From assembly GCF_001194135.2 (NCBI RefSeq), contig NC_068987.1:49403290-49467289 (forward strand): a stretch of DNA of 64,000 bases. The letters run 5' to 3'. The DNA comes from Octopus bimaculoides (taxonomy: Eukaryota). The first letter of the stretch is position 1, and each line of letters opens with the position of its first letter. This document shows positions 24,776 through 36,967 of this stretch, piece after piece. Under the pieces are notes generated by a model, which saw nothing but the letters and a program-made list of their open reading frames with translations, searched no databases and had not been told where the DNA came from. The position numbers and the translations under genes are program-made.

Positions 24776-25856
24776 TGTGTGCGCGTGTGTGTGTATTTAG
24801 TGCTAACTACTGGAAAAAAAGAGAACTCAATACCATAATAGAGATTAACACTACATTCTATTTTGGTCAATTTAGTCTCTTGTTATTCTGCAACTTTGAG
24901 TTTCACCTACAAGTGGACAGGATTTCTAAGCAAATTATGACTTAGTCATAACTTTCATGAAGATCCTGTGTACCTACAGCAAGATGAAACTTCAAAGTCA
25001 CAGTCAACATTTTCCTTGTAAAAGTTAATGCGTGCCTTCTATTAAAATGTATTGAGTAATCCTTCAATTCAATGTTAAATCGTTTTTATATCTAACTTGA
25101 CATAGAAACAAACAGTTATACACACAGACATGTGTATCATCATCATCATCATCATATTCATTTAACATCTGTGCTGGCATGGGTTGGGCAATTTGACAAG
25201 AGCTCCACTGTCTACTTTGGCATGGTTTTTACAGTTGGATGCCTTCTTTAACTCCAATCACTTTACAGAGTGCACTGAGAGCTTTTTACATCCACTCTGT
25301 GAAGTGGGTGCAATAATAAAATGTATGTATGCGCATATATATAAAACAGTGGGGAAGTCATATTAAGGGTTATTGCCTGTAGGATAATGAAAACTTAATA
25401 AAGTTAATTTTAGAGTAAGAATATATAGTGGGAATTACAGGGTTCAATGCCTTTCAGTAATCAGTAATCCTTTCAATCCAGACTGGCACCTAACTTCAAA
25501 CTGAACTTCCATTTGGAAATAGAAATGTATGTTTACATTGTGCATAAATGTTTATTTAAGCAGAGACACCCACTAAAGGTCATGCACGCTAGCAGTTGCA
25601 CTTGTTCTATATTTCATCTGAGTGCCTCTGTACCCTAGTTTATGTATGACCTTGCTTAAGTTTTCTGTACATAAATGCATGCTTACACAACTACTTTGAA
25701 ATGTATACACATACACTTATGTATGTGTATTTTGAGTTCTATTGCCTTTTGAATCTCTGTTTGATTATTTACATTTACACCTGTATAGATACTTACATAC
25801 AAATATTTGTACATGTGTTTTCTTACCCACTTGCATGTGTTTGTGTCTCCCAGAAT

Positions 25857-27130
25857 CAGTGGCATAGCTAAGGCATGGCAGGCAGAGCACTTGCGATGGG
25901 TGCAGTTCTGAGGGGGGGGCGCAATTTGGAATCATGAATGAGTAAAATAACTTAATTTTGGAAAATTTTTCAGTCCATTTATGCACATACATGTACGCTG
26001 TGGCAAATTTTGTTGATGTGTGGGTGGTCTTAAGAATGTGGGCCAATGCATTGTTAGTCGTATTTTATGCCCCTGCCCCCCGAAAACCACCTCACCATAT
26101 TTGTTGTTCTGAATCAAGAAGTATGTGGGTAAACCATAGCGTCCCCCACCCCCGCAAGTTAATATCCTTCTGCCTTCAGATCATCATCAGTGCACTTCCC
26201 CCTCTACCCTCGATTGTCAAAGTATCTGTTTGCTAGTTTTTTAATTGGTTACCAGTCAAGTTAGCCATCTGAGTTGTACACCCCCTTGCAAATTAACCCG
26301 CAGCTTAGTCAGAAGTAGCTACTTCCCCTTAACGTTTAAAGCTCTATACGTATAGCTATTTGACTAACAGCTGTCAACGTTCTCCGGATTGTTCCGGAAA
26401 TTTCAGATCATTAATCTTTACTCTGACGATCTTCTTGGCGCTTTTATCTTCTTGGGAATAACTGCTCAATGAATAAAAGCTGGTTCAAAAGGAAATTGGG
26501 AAATGGCCGAGGTGAGGAGATTGTTCGCTCATGGCTACTCTATTCCCCTCATAAGAAGTTTGCATTCTGTTTGTGTTCTCTACTTTTTTCCCGATCAGAT
26601 TATCAATTGTAATTAGAGCAGGGAAGCAGAAAGTGCCTGAACGAATGTTGGTTCATGAAAACACTAATAATCATTGAGATAGTTTCACACAGTGGAAAGA
26701 AATGGAAAGAAATCTAGACGATAACAAGTGTTTCATAAACACTGCTCTCAAGTCACAAATAAACCATATAAAGCAAAGATGGCGTGATGTTTTGACGAGA
26801 ATTCTACATTGCATTAAGTTTCTTGCAACTCAGAATTTGGCTTTGTGAGGTCATAGGGAGTCACTTCAGTTGACTGAAGACTCAAATGTCAGTAATTTTC
26901 TTGGTTTGCTCAAGCTTTTGGGTACCTTTGATCCGGTCATGAAAGAACATCTTTGCTATGTAGAGAGTCACCCTGGACCAACATCTTACCTTTCACTCAA
27001 TGTTCAGAATGAATTTATTTACCCCATGGCACCAGCTATTCATCAGAATCTGCTAAAGGGCATTTTCAGGGCCAAGTATTATGGTCTTATGTTCCCAAAC
27101 AACCCTTATTTAGTCTCTCATCAGTCATAA
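25857..27130 (+). mobile_element. hAT-superfamily transposon remnant (ZMYM1/DUF4371-like transposase)
   Basis: 5' end 'cagtggcatagcta'. Degenerate translation 'RILHCIKFLATQNLAL*GHRESLQLTEDSNVSNFLGLLKLLGTFDPVMKEHL...TSYLSLNVQNEFI'. Confidence 0.8.
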
Positions 27131-27212
27131 TATGTTTTATCCATTCAATATCATTCATGATATTTAGACCCTAATCTTATTTTCTTCACTAACAATGAAC
27201 ATTTCATTTTAA

Positions 27213-27426
27213 CCCTTTAACAATCAGATTGTCTTTTAAATGTAATGTTTATTCATTCACATTGTTTTGGATTGATCATGCATTATCTCATAGCTTCAAA
27301 GATTTCAACAACGTGAAATTTTAGAATGACATTACTGGGTAGGTATGAAAGGTGGAATCTGGCCAGTTTCAACATAAAGCAAACAGAATATTTGGGCTAG
27401 ATATGGCCAGTTTAAATACTAAAGGG
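27213..27426. mobile_element. piggyBac-like MITE
   Basis: TTAA-CCCTTTA...TAAAGGG-ATAA termini. An inverted homolog lies at 36501-36721. Confidence 0.75.
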
Positions 27427-27500
27427 ATAAATTAGTTCCAGTTATCCCCTAATTTCTTTTATCTTAAAAAAATAACCATTTCTAAAAAACCCATGCATTC

Positions 27501-27516
27501 CACACACACACACACA

Positions 27517-27607
<91 letters not shown>
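27501..27607. repeat. (CA)n microsatellite
   Basis: Directly visible. Confidence 0.97.
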
Positions 27608-27609
<2 letters not shown>

Positions 27610-27980
27610 GTATGCACACACAAGTATGCACACACACACTTAATCACCACTTTACCCCCTCTAGCTTTCACCTTTTATCCTTCTCAAACTCTGAGATGTG
27701 AACTTTAGTTCATCATCATCATAATTTAACTTCCACTTTTCTATGCTTGCTTGGGTTAGAATTTGTTGAGGCAGATTTTCTATGTCTGGATGCCCTTCCT
27801 GTCATTAACCTTTGCTTGTTTTCAAACAAGATAATATTTTCGTATAATTGGACCTGTTTTGCACAGAAGACTAAAGATAAACAGCCTTGCTTGTATGACG
27901 ATGATGAGTGTTTATAACCATTACATGATGTCAAGACAACAGTAAACACAAACATACATACACACATACATGCATATATA

Positions 27981-28378
27981 TCTTTTATCTTTTACTTGTT
28001 TCAGTCATTGGCCTGCAGCCATGCTGGGACACCACCTTGAAGAATTTCATTTTTAGTCAAATGAATCAATTACCAGTACTTTTTTTTTCGTTTAAAGCTT
28101 GGTACTTATTCTATTGTTCACTTTTGCCGAACTGCTAAGTTACAAGGACATAGACACACCAACACTGATTGTCAAGCGGTATGAGGAGACAAACACAGAC
28201 ACAAAGACACATATACATACATATGGCAGGCTTCTTTCAGTTTCTGTCAACCAAATCTACTTACAAGACTTTGGTCAGCCTGAGGTTATACAAGACACTT
28301 GCCCAAGGTGCCACGCAGTGGGACTGAACTCAAGACCACATGATTAGGAAGCAAGCTTCTTAACTACATAGCCATACC
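27981..28378 (-). mobile_element. Older SINE family A copy
   Basis: Reverse complement of the family A tail, body and head, with many CpG transitions. Confidence 0.8.
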
Positions 28379-29191
28379 TGTGAGTCATGCTATACCTAAT
28401 ATCACTACCAAATATAAATATTTTCCTAATTTAGTTTCTGTTATTCTCTAAATTCCTTTCTCCTAAATTAGCATTCATATTGCTCACAGGCATACACATT
28501 CACCAAAGCACATCCAACCCCTCCTTCTTTTACGACATATAAACTCTGAGATTTGAATTGAACAAAGTGTAGCAGAAAATATCCCCATATTTTACATGTC
28601 TATTAGTGTGGTGCTAGTGAAGTTATACAAGTAGTAATGCTGTCTTCATATAGCTAATGTTTTACCATTGTTTCATCCAATCACCACCAAGGTTAGTCTG
28701 GTGAGCGTTATGTTTTTGCAATTAAAACTTTTGTCAACCTATAGAATGTGAAAGGGTTTTTTTTTTGCCACACTCAGTACTTTTAAGCAAGCTTCTACTC
28801 ATAACAAGAAAAAATATCTCAAATTTTAATTCAATTAACTTCCAACTTGCTTCATATAATGCATATACATACATATACACACACATACACTCATATCACA
28901 CTCACAAATAACATGTTTAAATTTATTTAAGCAAATGTTGCATTTAAACAATTCATTATCAAATTAAAAACTCATGTTTATGTGTGTTGCAGTTTTTTAA
29001 ATATATTTATTGTTCTGTTTGAGTTTTCTAAAAGTGCATACACATGTCTATATGTAACTGTACACACATGCATATATATGTATATATAATAATAATAATT
29101 GTATATATATAATATATAATAATAGTAATTATATATATATAATAATAATATATATGTATATATAATAATAACGATAATAATCATTATTATT

Positions 29192-29379
29192 GCCTTTGCA
29201 CAGCTTCTAATACTGGAGATGTACTACAGTGTCAGCTGTTCACTACCAGTGAACTAAAGTAACACCTCTTATTTTTCAAACACCTTCCGGAGTATTCGAG
29301 CAGGTCCAAGCAGTGCTGTTTTCTGCAAGTGCTCCACCCTTATTGCAGCCCCTATTTGTTCTACGTACTTCTCAATTTC
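29192..29379 (-). mobile_element. 3' end of a second R4/Dong-like LINE family
   Basis: Translation EIEKYVEQIGAAIRVEHLQKTALLGPARILRKVFEK*, a short 3' UTR, then (AAT)n on the element strand. Confidence 0.8.
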
Positions 29380-29405
29380 AGGCCTTGTGCCTATTGTAGA
29401 AAGAA

Positions 29406-29413
29406 TAATAATA

Positions 29414-29455
<42 letters not shown>

Positions 29456-29525
29456 GTTATTGTTGTTATTGTTGTTGTTATTGTTGTTGTTATTGTTGTT
29501 ATTATTGTTATTATTATTATTATTA
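29406..29525. repeat. Compound (TAT)n/(TGT)n microsatellite
   Basis: Directly visible. It is the source of the spurious poly-N and poly-Y ORFs. Confidence 0.95.
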
Positions 29526-29746
29526 AAGTGGCAAGATGGCAGAATTGTTAACATGCTGGGTGAATTGCTTAGTGGCATTTCGTTTGTCATTACGTTTTGA
29601 GATCAAATTCCACCATGATCAACTTTGCCTTTCATCCTTTCAGGGTCAATAAAATAAGTACCAGTTGAGTACTGGGGTCAATATAACTGACTTATTCACT
29701 CCCCTGAAAATGCTGGTCTTGTGCCAAGATTTGAAATCATTATTAC

Positions 29747-29803
<57 letters not shown>

Positions 29804-29916
29804 CATTATCATCTTCTTTCAATTTTGCTTCCATTTCTTGCAGAGTGTCTTCTCAACACTTAGGGCAAAGAAACTCACTGTATACATTGGTAGGCCATAT
29901 TATTATTATTATTATT

Positions 29917-30459
29917 GAGTGAGAGAGTAGTGCATGCCATCAAAGTGACACTGGGGTAAAATATATGAAGTCCAGTATACCTATCATGACTGCCCATCTG
30001 ATAAGGGTACACCAAGCACATGCATCACAACCATATGTGCTTGACATGGTGATCTCATATCAAGATAACAGCACATGACCTTGCAGGTGGGGCCCAGTGA
30101 GAATTTTCTTCAGGTCAAGTAGCCCATCTCGCTCAAATAGTCCCCGAGTAAGGGTTGTTTAAGGATGTTGAACGAAACATCCATGTTTCCAAAGGTGAAT
30201 TAACCAAACCTCAAAGAATTCCTCTCAACACATGGCAATGATGCTCCCCCACTACTTCTGCTCATGATCAGAGATGCATATATTGTTAGCCACTAAGGGA
30301 CATGCTCAACTGGTTAAGGTCAAACAACTGACAAGCAAATCTGTGGTATTAAGCAGAATATTTGCTGTAGCCCATCTTATATACCAAGACAAAACAATGT
30401 ACATGATAACACTTCTAATCAATTAAGATCAGAAGCCATAGGAGCCACTGCCTGGTACT
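29917..30459 (-). mobile_element. Second copy of unclassified element F
   Basis: Reverse complement of 18576-19195 with the same ends ('agtaccaggcagtgg' to 'ctctcactc'). (TAT)n on both sides. Confidence 0.75.
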
Positions 30460-30734
30460 TTATTACTATTATTGTTGTTGTTACTATTATTATTATTATT
30501 AAGGCTGCAAGCTGGAAGAATTGTTAGCACACTAGGCGAAATGCTTAGCAGTATTCCATCTGTCTCTGCATTCTGAGTTAAATTTCTGCTGAAGTCAACT
30601 TTACATTTCATCCTTTTGGGGTCAATAAATTAAGTACAAATGAAATACTGGGTTGATGTTATCAACTATTGCCCTCCCACAAAATTTCAGATTTTGTGCC
30701 TTTAGTAGAAAGGATTATTATCGTTATTATTATT

Positions 30735-30930
30735 CAGTAGTTTTATTTTTATAACATGCTGTCACTTCACTACCAAGCGCAGCTCTGTGTGCCTTGGGTA
30801 TGTGCTGTGGTTTGTTGTGATGCTCTTATGGTTACTGTATTGAAAGTGTTTTGCGTAGGATGTGTGCAGTGCCCAGTAGTGCAATTTTCTGTATGTTATA
30901 TATATTTGTAAGTCCTGGTGTTTTTCTTAT

Positions 30931-30933
<3 letters not shown>
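30735..30933 (-). mobile_element. 5'-truncated R4/Dong-like LINE 3' end
   Basis: Translation YIRKTPGLTNIYNIQKIALLGTAHILRKTLSIQ*, 3' UTR ending 'ctactg(aat)n', (AAT)n on both flanks. Confidence 0.85.
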
Positions 30934-30967
<34 letters not shown>

Positions 30968-32235
30968 CATTATCCCAGGTGGTGAACTGGCAGAATTGTT
31001 AGCACGCTGGATGAAATGCTGAGCGGCATTTTGCCTGTCGCAACATTCCAAATTTAAATTCTGCCGAGGTCAACTTTGCTTTTCATCCTCTCAGGGTCAA
31101 TAAATTAAGTACCAGTGAAGTACTGGAGTCAATGTGATCAACTAGTCCCCTCCCCCAAATTTCATGCCTTTTGCCTTTAGTATTATTGGTGAACTGGCAG
31201 AATTGTTAGCATACTAGGCAAAATGCTTCGCAACATTTTGTCTGGCTTTATGTTCTGAGTTCAAATTCCACCAAGGGATTGATAAAGTGATGTAATCGAC
31301 TTACCCCCTCCCCTGAACTTGCTGGCCCATTGCCAAAGGATTATTATTATTAGTATTAAGGTGGCAAGCTGGTAGAATCATTAGCACACAAGGCAAAATG
31401 CTTAGTAGCATTTCATCTGAATTCAAATTCTGCCAAGATCAACTTTGCCTTTCATCCTTTTGGGGTCAATAAAATAAGTACTAACTTTAAGTGCAGAGGT
31501 CAATATAACCGACTTACACACTCCTCTGAAATTGTTGACCTTGTACCAAAATTTAAAACCATTTTTTTTTTCTGACAGTATCATAGAAGTTTTTACTACG
31601 TCACCAGGTACACCTCCCTTTTTCTAAGATATGTACAGCGTTAAATTTTAGGGTAAGTTGACCTGTATTAGTAAATTACATCAGCTTAGTGATGGTATAG
31701 GGTTTAGCTTGTTGTTTCCAATGCTATTTTAATGTTTTCTTTGTTGTGCAAAGAAAGTACAACAACAGCTATTGTATATCATTTTGTTGGGCGGTGGCTG
31801 TTTTGTATGTGTTGTGTGTGTTATAGTGTTAGATATCAGTTATACAGGAATGTGTGTCCTGTCATTTTTGCAGGGAAGTGATCATGCATGGGTTACGTTA
31901 TTTTATGAAGTGGTTATTGTGTCAGGCGTGTGTAATGAATAGAGGATATCTTGGTTGACTCATGTTATTGAATTTAAAGCGTCTCATACAGGAAGAAAGC
32001 TGTACTTAGTAGAGTTACCTTATGGCTCATATATATTTGATCATGTTTTTTTTTTATTATATTTGATTATCATTAGCATGCCTGTTGCTAAGGACAACAC
32101 TGCCCCCTCACTATTCAATGGTACACCCTCAGATTCAGAAAATACAGTTTACAAAAATTTTCATGCAATACAAATCAGTATCCACCTAGAACATTCTTAA
32201 GCACCACCAGGCACCAAAGTCAGGCAATGGGCCTG

Positions 32236-32389
32236 ATTATTATTTTTACTTTCATGCCCCACATCTTGCTTATTTCAATTTCAAGATTTTTATATTTAGA
32301 TATTTTCCCTACTTTCTTTCAAGTAACATTTTGGTCAGAAGGAGACTCCGATATCTATTAGTGTGCATACATTTTCTTTCTAATTCTTC
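32236..32389 (-). mobile_element. R4/Dong-like restriction-like endonuclease fragment
   Basis: Degenerate translation LIDIGV/PSDQNVT*K..KISKYKNLEIEISKMWGMK, preceded on its own strand by (ATA)n. Confidence 0.7.
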
Positions 32390-32413
32390 ATTATTATTAT
32401 ACTTGAATGTTAC

Positions 32414-32642
32414 CCATCATGTGATGGGTAATTTTGGAAGTATACTACTGCTACCATGGGTAATATCAGCAAAATGCATGCAATAATTATAACATAAGAT
32501 ACAAAGAAAGTCAGGAGGTATGAGATGAACTTATTTATTCCAATAGTTGATATCCACATGTGTACCACCAGATCAGATAAATCCATATATTGTGCATAAA
32601 ATTTACAATAATTATAAATTAACTTTAACAAATTTGTTGGTG
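32414..32642 (-). CDS. Candidate internal coding exon of an unidentified membrane protein
   Basis: 229-nt open frame xPTNLLKLIYNYCKFYAQYMDLSDLVVHMWISTIGINKFISYLLTFFVSYVIIIACILLILPMVAVVYFQNYPSHDG with a 31-residue uncharged stretch. Donor GG|GTAACA. The acceptor is a weak AAG. Confidence 0.35.
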
Positions 32643-32879
32643 CTTATATAAAATGATGAAATGAGTAATAATTTTTAAAAGAAAATATTTATTATCTTAA
32701 AATTAAATAAAACAAAAACATTCCTGCCATGAGAAACCAGTTTATATTTTCTTTCAGGAATATGAATCTAGGTCTCTACGAGGATGAGCTGAAATCATCA
32801 TAGGCTTACTATAAAGGATTGAAGCTAAAGTTGTGAAATCTTGCATGCATTAATTTCAACTTGTCTCATTAATAACTGA

Positions 32880-33291
32880 ATTGTTTCTTTCCAGTTAAAC
32901 TGACTTCTGACTGTTCAAAGAAGGCTTCAGAAGTAACTAGTAACAACTTCTCAAGTCCTTGGTTTCAATGGCGGTTGTGGTGACTATAGCTTTGAAGTGG
33001 TTGATCATCTTCGCTATTCTTCTGGTTTGGCCCTATCTGATTATCATCTATTCCTCAAAATGAAAAAAACACTTGGCTGGAAACAAGTATTGCAGTAATG
33101 ATGATGTCATATCTGCTATCCTGTTGGTTAACAAGATAAAAGCTTCTTCACCAATGGGATCAAAGCACTGCAACACCAATGGAAGAAGTGCGTGTACTGC
33201 AAGGGAGACTATACTGAAAAATAAACCTCATCTGGTCATATTCCATGAGAATATATTGGTCAGCCTATGAACTTTTCAGCTGACCCTCATA
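32880..33291 (+). mobile_element. Mariner 3' remnant with right TIR
   Basis: Frameshifted remnants of the YSPDLAPSDYHLF region, then LAGNKYCSNDDVISA and FFTNGIKALQHQWKKCV..KGDYTEK*. Ends 'aacttttcagctgaccctcaTA'. Confidence 0.8.
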
Positions 33292-33665
33292 TTATCCAAT
33301 ATGGCCTTCTCTCTGTAAGAAGCTAGGATGTAATATCAAGGATATTTGGATGCTATGTTGAGTAGGGCAAGAGATCAAATGTTGGCACCACCACTGGCTG
33401 GTCAAAATAGAGGTGAGTCATGTATGTGTTCCATGTTCAATACAATTCTGCTTTTATTTTGTTTTTCCATGCTAGCATGAGTTGGTAGCTTTTCTCCAGC
33501 ATAGCATCTAATTGCTGGTGAGCTGCCTTGTTGGAAAGAAAAGATATTGCCATGAAAAAAATTTATGATTTATATATTTCTTAACAACTATGAAATTTGG
33601 TGTTCATCAGATATACTTTTATTACATGAAACACCACTGTTTATTATCATTATTACTAGAGTGAT

Positions 33666-34762
33666 TAAGGCAGAGAGCTGGCAGAGTTGTTAGCACATCA
33701 AACAAAATGATTAGCATTTCTTCTGGCTCTTTACGTAGTGGGTTCAAATACTGCCAAAGTCAACTTTGCCTTTCATCCTTTTGGGTGTTGATAAAATATA
33801 ATACCAGTCAAGTATTGAGACCCTCTCACTTAAATTCCAGGACTTGTTCCTATAGTAGAAAGAATTATTATTAGAGTGATTCTGCCAAGAATGACTTTTC
33901 CTTTCATTCATTCAGGGTGGATAAAATAAGTACCTGCTGAGCCTGAGGTTGATGTAATTAACTTACCCTATTCCCTTAAAAAATTACTGACCTTGTGCCA
34001 ATACTAAAAACTGGCATTCCATCAGTTACGACAGTGAGGGATCCAGTTGATCTGATCAAAAGAATAGCCTGCTTGAGAAATTAACGTGCAAGTAGCTGAG
34101 CACTCCACAGACACATGTACCTTTGACATAGTTCTCAAGGAGAATCAGGCTGGCTCTTTGAATTACAGGTACAACTCATTTTTGCCAGCTGAGTGGATTG
34201 GAGCAACGTGAAATAATGTGTCTTGCTCAAGGACACAATGCCCTGCTAGGAATTGAACTAATGACCTTATGACTGTGAGCTGAATACCCTAACCATTAAG
34301 TCATGTGTAATCACTACCAATATTGATTTCAAATTTTGGCACAAGGCCAGCAAGTTTGGGGAGGGGCTAGGTCGGTTAAATCAACCCGTGTTCAACTGGT
34401 ACTTATTTTATCAACCCTGAAAGGATGAAAAGTAAAGTCAACCTCAGTAGAATTTGAACTCAGAACATAAAGGCAGACAAAATGGTGCTAAGCATTTTTT
34501 CCAGCATGCTAAATGATTCTGCCAGCATGCCACCAATATTAGCAAGAATTGTTATTACCTGTCTTATTGTGGGTAACTTTAGAAGTATATTTTTACTACC
34601 ATATCAGAAAGTATCCTTTCTGCTATACCTGAAATTTGTTGGGTGGGAAGGGTAGTTGATTTCATCGATCTAAGATGCATTTGAATTTAGAATGTAAAGA
34701 CAGGTGAAATGCTACTAAGCATTTTGCTCAGTGTGCTAACAATTCTGCCAGCTCACTGCCTT
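33666..34762. mobile_element. Four SINE family B copies in opposite orientations (+33666, +33880, -34320, -34625)
   Basis: Family B body is recognisable on both strands. Confidence 0.75.
34011..34306 (-). mobile_element. SINE with CORE-like body and the family D tail
   Basis: Minus strand reads tRNA-like head, 'tgtccttgagcaagacac...ttgctccaatccactcagctg', then 'gttgtacctgtaattcaaag...gatcaactgg', shared with 3602-3786. Confidence 0.75.
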
Positions 34763-35178
34763 TCATTTATACCCTCTCCTCCTCCTCGATCTCTCATTAT
34801 TCCTTTCTCATTCTGTGTGTGTGTGTGTGTGTAGCATTCCTTTACTCATTGCCTGGTACCAAGCCTAGTATGTGCACTCATCCCGCACCTCCTAAGTTAA
34901 CCCCCTCTCTATTTCTCTTTTACTCTCCATCTACTCATGAAGTTAAAGCATGACTGGAGAAACAGTTGTATCAGCTATTTTTATAGAGAGATTGCTACTA
35001 CTATCATCATCATCATCACCACCACCACCATCACCATCATCATCATCATCATTAGCATGCAGATATTACAACATCAAAGACCTAAATATTAAACTTCAGT
35101 GTGCCATAACTACAGCCATCCTTTGACTAAAGTTAGGTTCCATTGAACAAATACATGTTTTTCTTACTTTCATTTCAG

Positions 35179-35198
35179 AATATGAAGAAGTTTTGAAG
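35179..35198 (+). CDS. Candidate 20-nt micro-exon (xYEEVLK if phase 1)
   Basis: 'ttcttactttcatttcAG|AATATGAAGAAGTTTTGAAG|GTAAGC': strong acceptor and donor in non-repeat sequence. Partner exons were not identified. Confidence 0.4.
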
Positions 35199-36500
35199 GT
35201 AAGCGATGCCAACCATCTCAATGAACCATTAATTCTGTTGTGTATGACTTTGTTATCTACAATTTTGTCTTCACTGTTAATGCCATGTTCCTACCTTCTC
35301 TTTATTTTCAGTTACACAAATAGGCATTTAGTTGCACTATTATGCAGTTTTCAATTGCCTACAAACTTGACCAAAGGACATACATTGACTGCTGATTTTG
35401 ACACAAGGCCAGCAACTTTGAATGGAGGAGAATAGTCAAAACCATCAACCCCCAATATTTAACTGATATACTTACAAGCATCTATATATACATATACATG
35501 TATGCACTAACCCTTTCTTACACACACACATATAGACACATAAAACACATATTTGTATAATCACTTTTGGATTAACATGCATTTGAAGATGGAAAGGAAG
35601 CTGCCCTCATGATCGTTAAGTGTAAGATAAGGTATCTGCATGACAAAGCAGTCCATGCATCCTTCTATTTTTATTTGAGAAGGTGGTTCTTTCACATCTA
35701 GGTTTATGATGCTATATATGATGAAGCTGTTTATTTGCTTTGTATGTTTTAATGATGTTGAACCTGAAAGTGTATTGTCCTGTTACTTTTCACATTCTTA
35801 GTTTTGTGTGCATGTATGTGGATGTTGAGGATTCTTTGGAGGATTTTGTGTAACTAGTCTTAAAAGAAATAAACAATTTTTAAAAAAGAAATGAAGCTCC
35901 ATCACTGGAATCTAGACATCAATTTTATTAAACTAAACTGTAGGAAATTTCAAATATTTTCAGTTTCACTTATGGAATTTATATTAGATTGCATTTTTAC
36001 TTCCCTTGAAAACCTTATGTTTTCAAGATTATTATTTAAATACTTAGTACAACCAAGTATGTCAGTAATTACTGTTACACATATACAGTTATAATCTGGG
36101 TGGAGAAGTTATGGTTGCAAAGCACTTGTCCATAAATGTCACCTCATTTATTTTTTTTTTAATGAAATGTTTACATTCACTGGGTAACTGATCTTCATAG
36201 TAGTACCTAATTTTTGTTTACTGTTCCACACAGCTAGTTAAGGTTTGTTGACATTATCACTTCATAAAGATATTTATAATTAAATTCCACTAATATTTGT
36301 TAAGATGAAATATGTGAATGAACTCAATCAAATTTAATCCACATATTTATTAAAGAGTCGTTCTTTCTCAGATATCATTGTGTATTTTACAGTATAGAAT
36401 CAATCTGAGAGAGAAAAGAGAAACAAAAAAACTCAGTGAATTTGATTCTCTTATCTGTCTCATTTTGGAACTTATAATGTCTAACATTGCTTTATATTAA

Positions 36501-36721
36501 CCCTTTAACATTTAAACTGGTCATATCCAGCCCAAATATTCTACCAGTTTTATGTTCAAATTGGCAAGATCTGGCCTTCCACACCCACCCTACAGTGTCA
36601 TTCTAATAAAATAAACCATCACATCTTCCAAATCTCAAAGCTTAGAGATAATGCAGGATTAATTCAAAACAATGTGAATAAATAAGCATTACAATTGACA
36701 GAGTATTCTGAAGGTAAAGAG
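36501..36721. mobile_element. piggyBac-like MITE
   Basis: TTAA-CCCTTTA...TAAAGAG-TTAA with both TTAA intact. Homolog of 27213-27426. Confidence 0.8.
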
Positions 36722-36967
36722 TTAAGTACAGACAAAGGTGTATGGTTCAGAAGTTTGCTTTCCAACTCTGTGGTCTCAGGTTTAGTCCCACAGTATAACT
36801 TAGGCAATTGTAAACTACTATAATCCCAGGCTGATCATAGCCTTTTAAATAGATGTGATAGATAGAAAATGAAAGAAGTTTGTGTAAGAGTGTGTGCACA
36901 TACACATACATGTGGCTGTGATAAGAAGCTTGTTTCCAATCACATGGTTCCGGGTTATATATATATA

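Larger units (their letters stand above)
29526..31562 (+). mobile_element. Cluster of five co-oriented SINE family B copies (about 29526, 30501, 30977, 31188, 31358)
   Basis: Each starts after an (ATT)n-like tract with 'ggtggcaagctggcagaattgttagc'-like heads and carries the family B body. Confidence 0.85.

Noticed and set aside
20736-31562. Regularly recurring repeats as a CRISPR-like array
   Set aside because: Eukaryotic context. The repeats are diverged SINEs and minisatellite units without constant-length unique spacers or cas genes.
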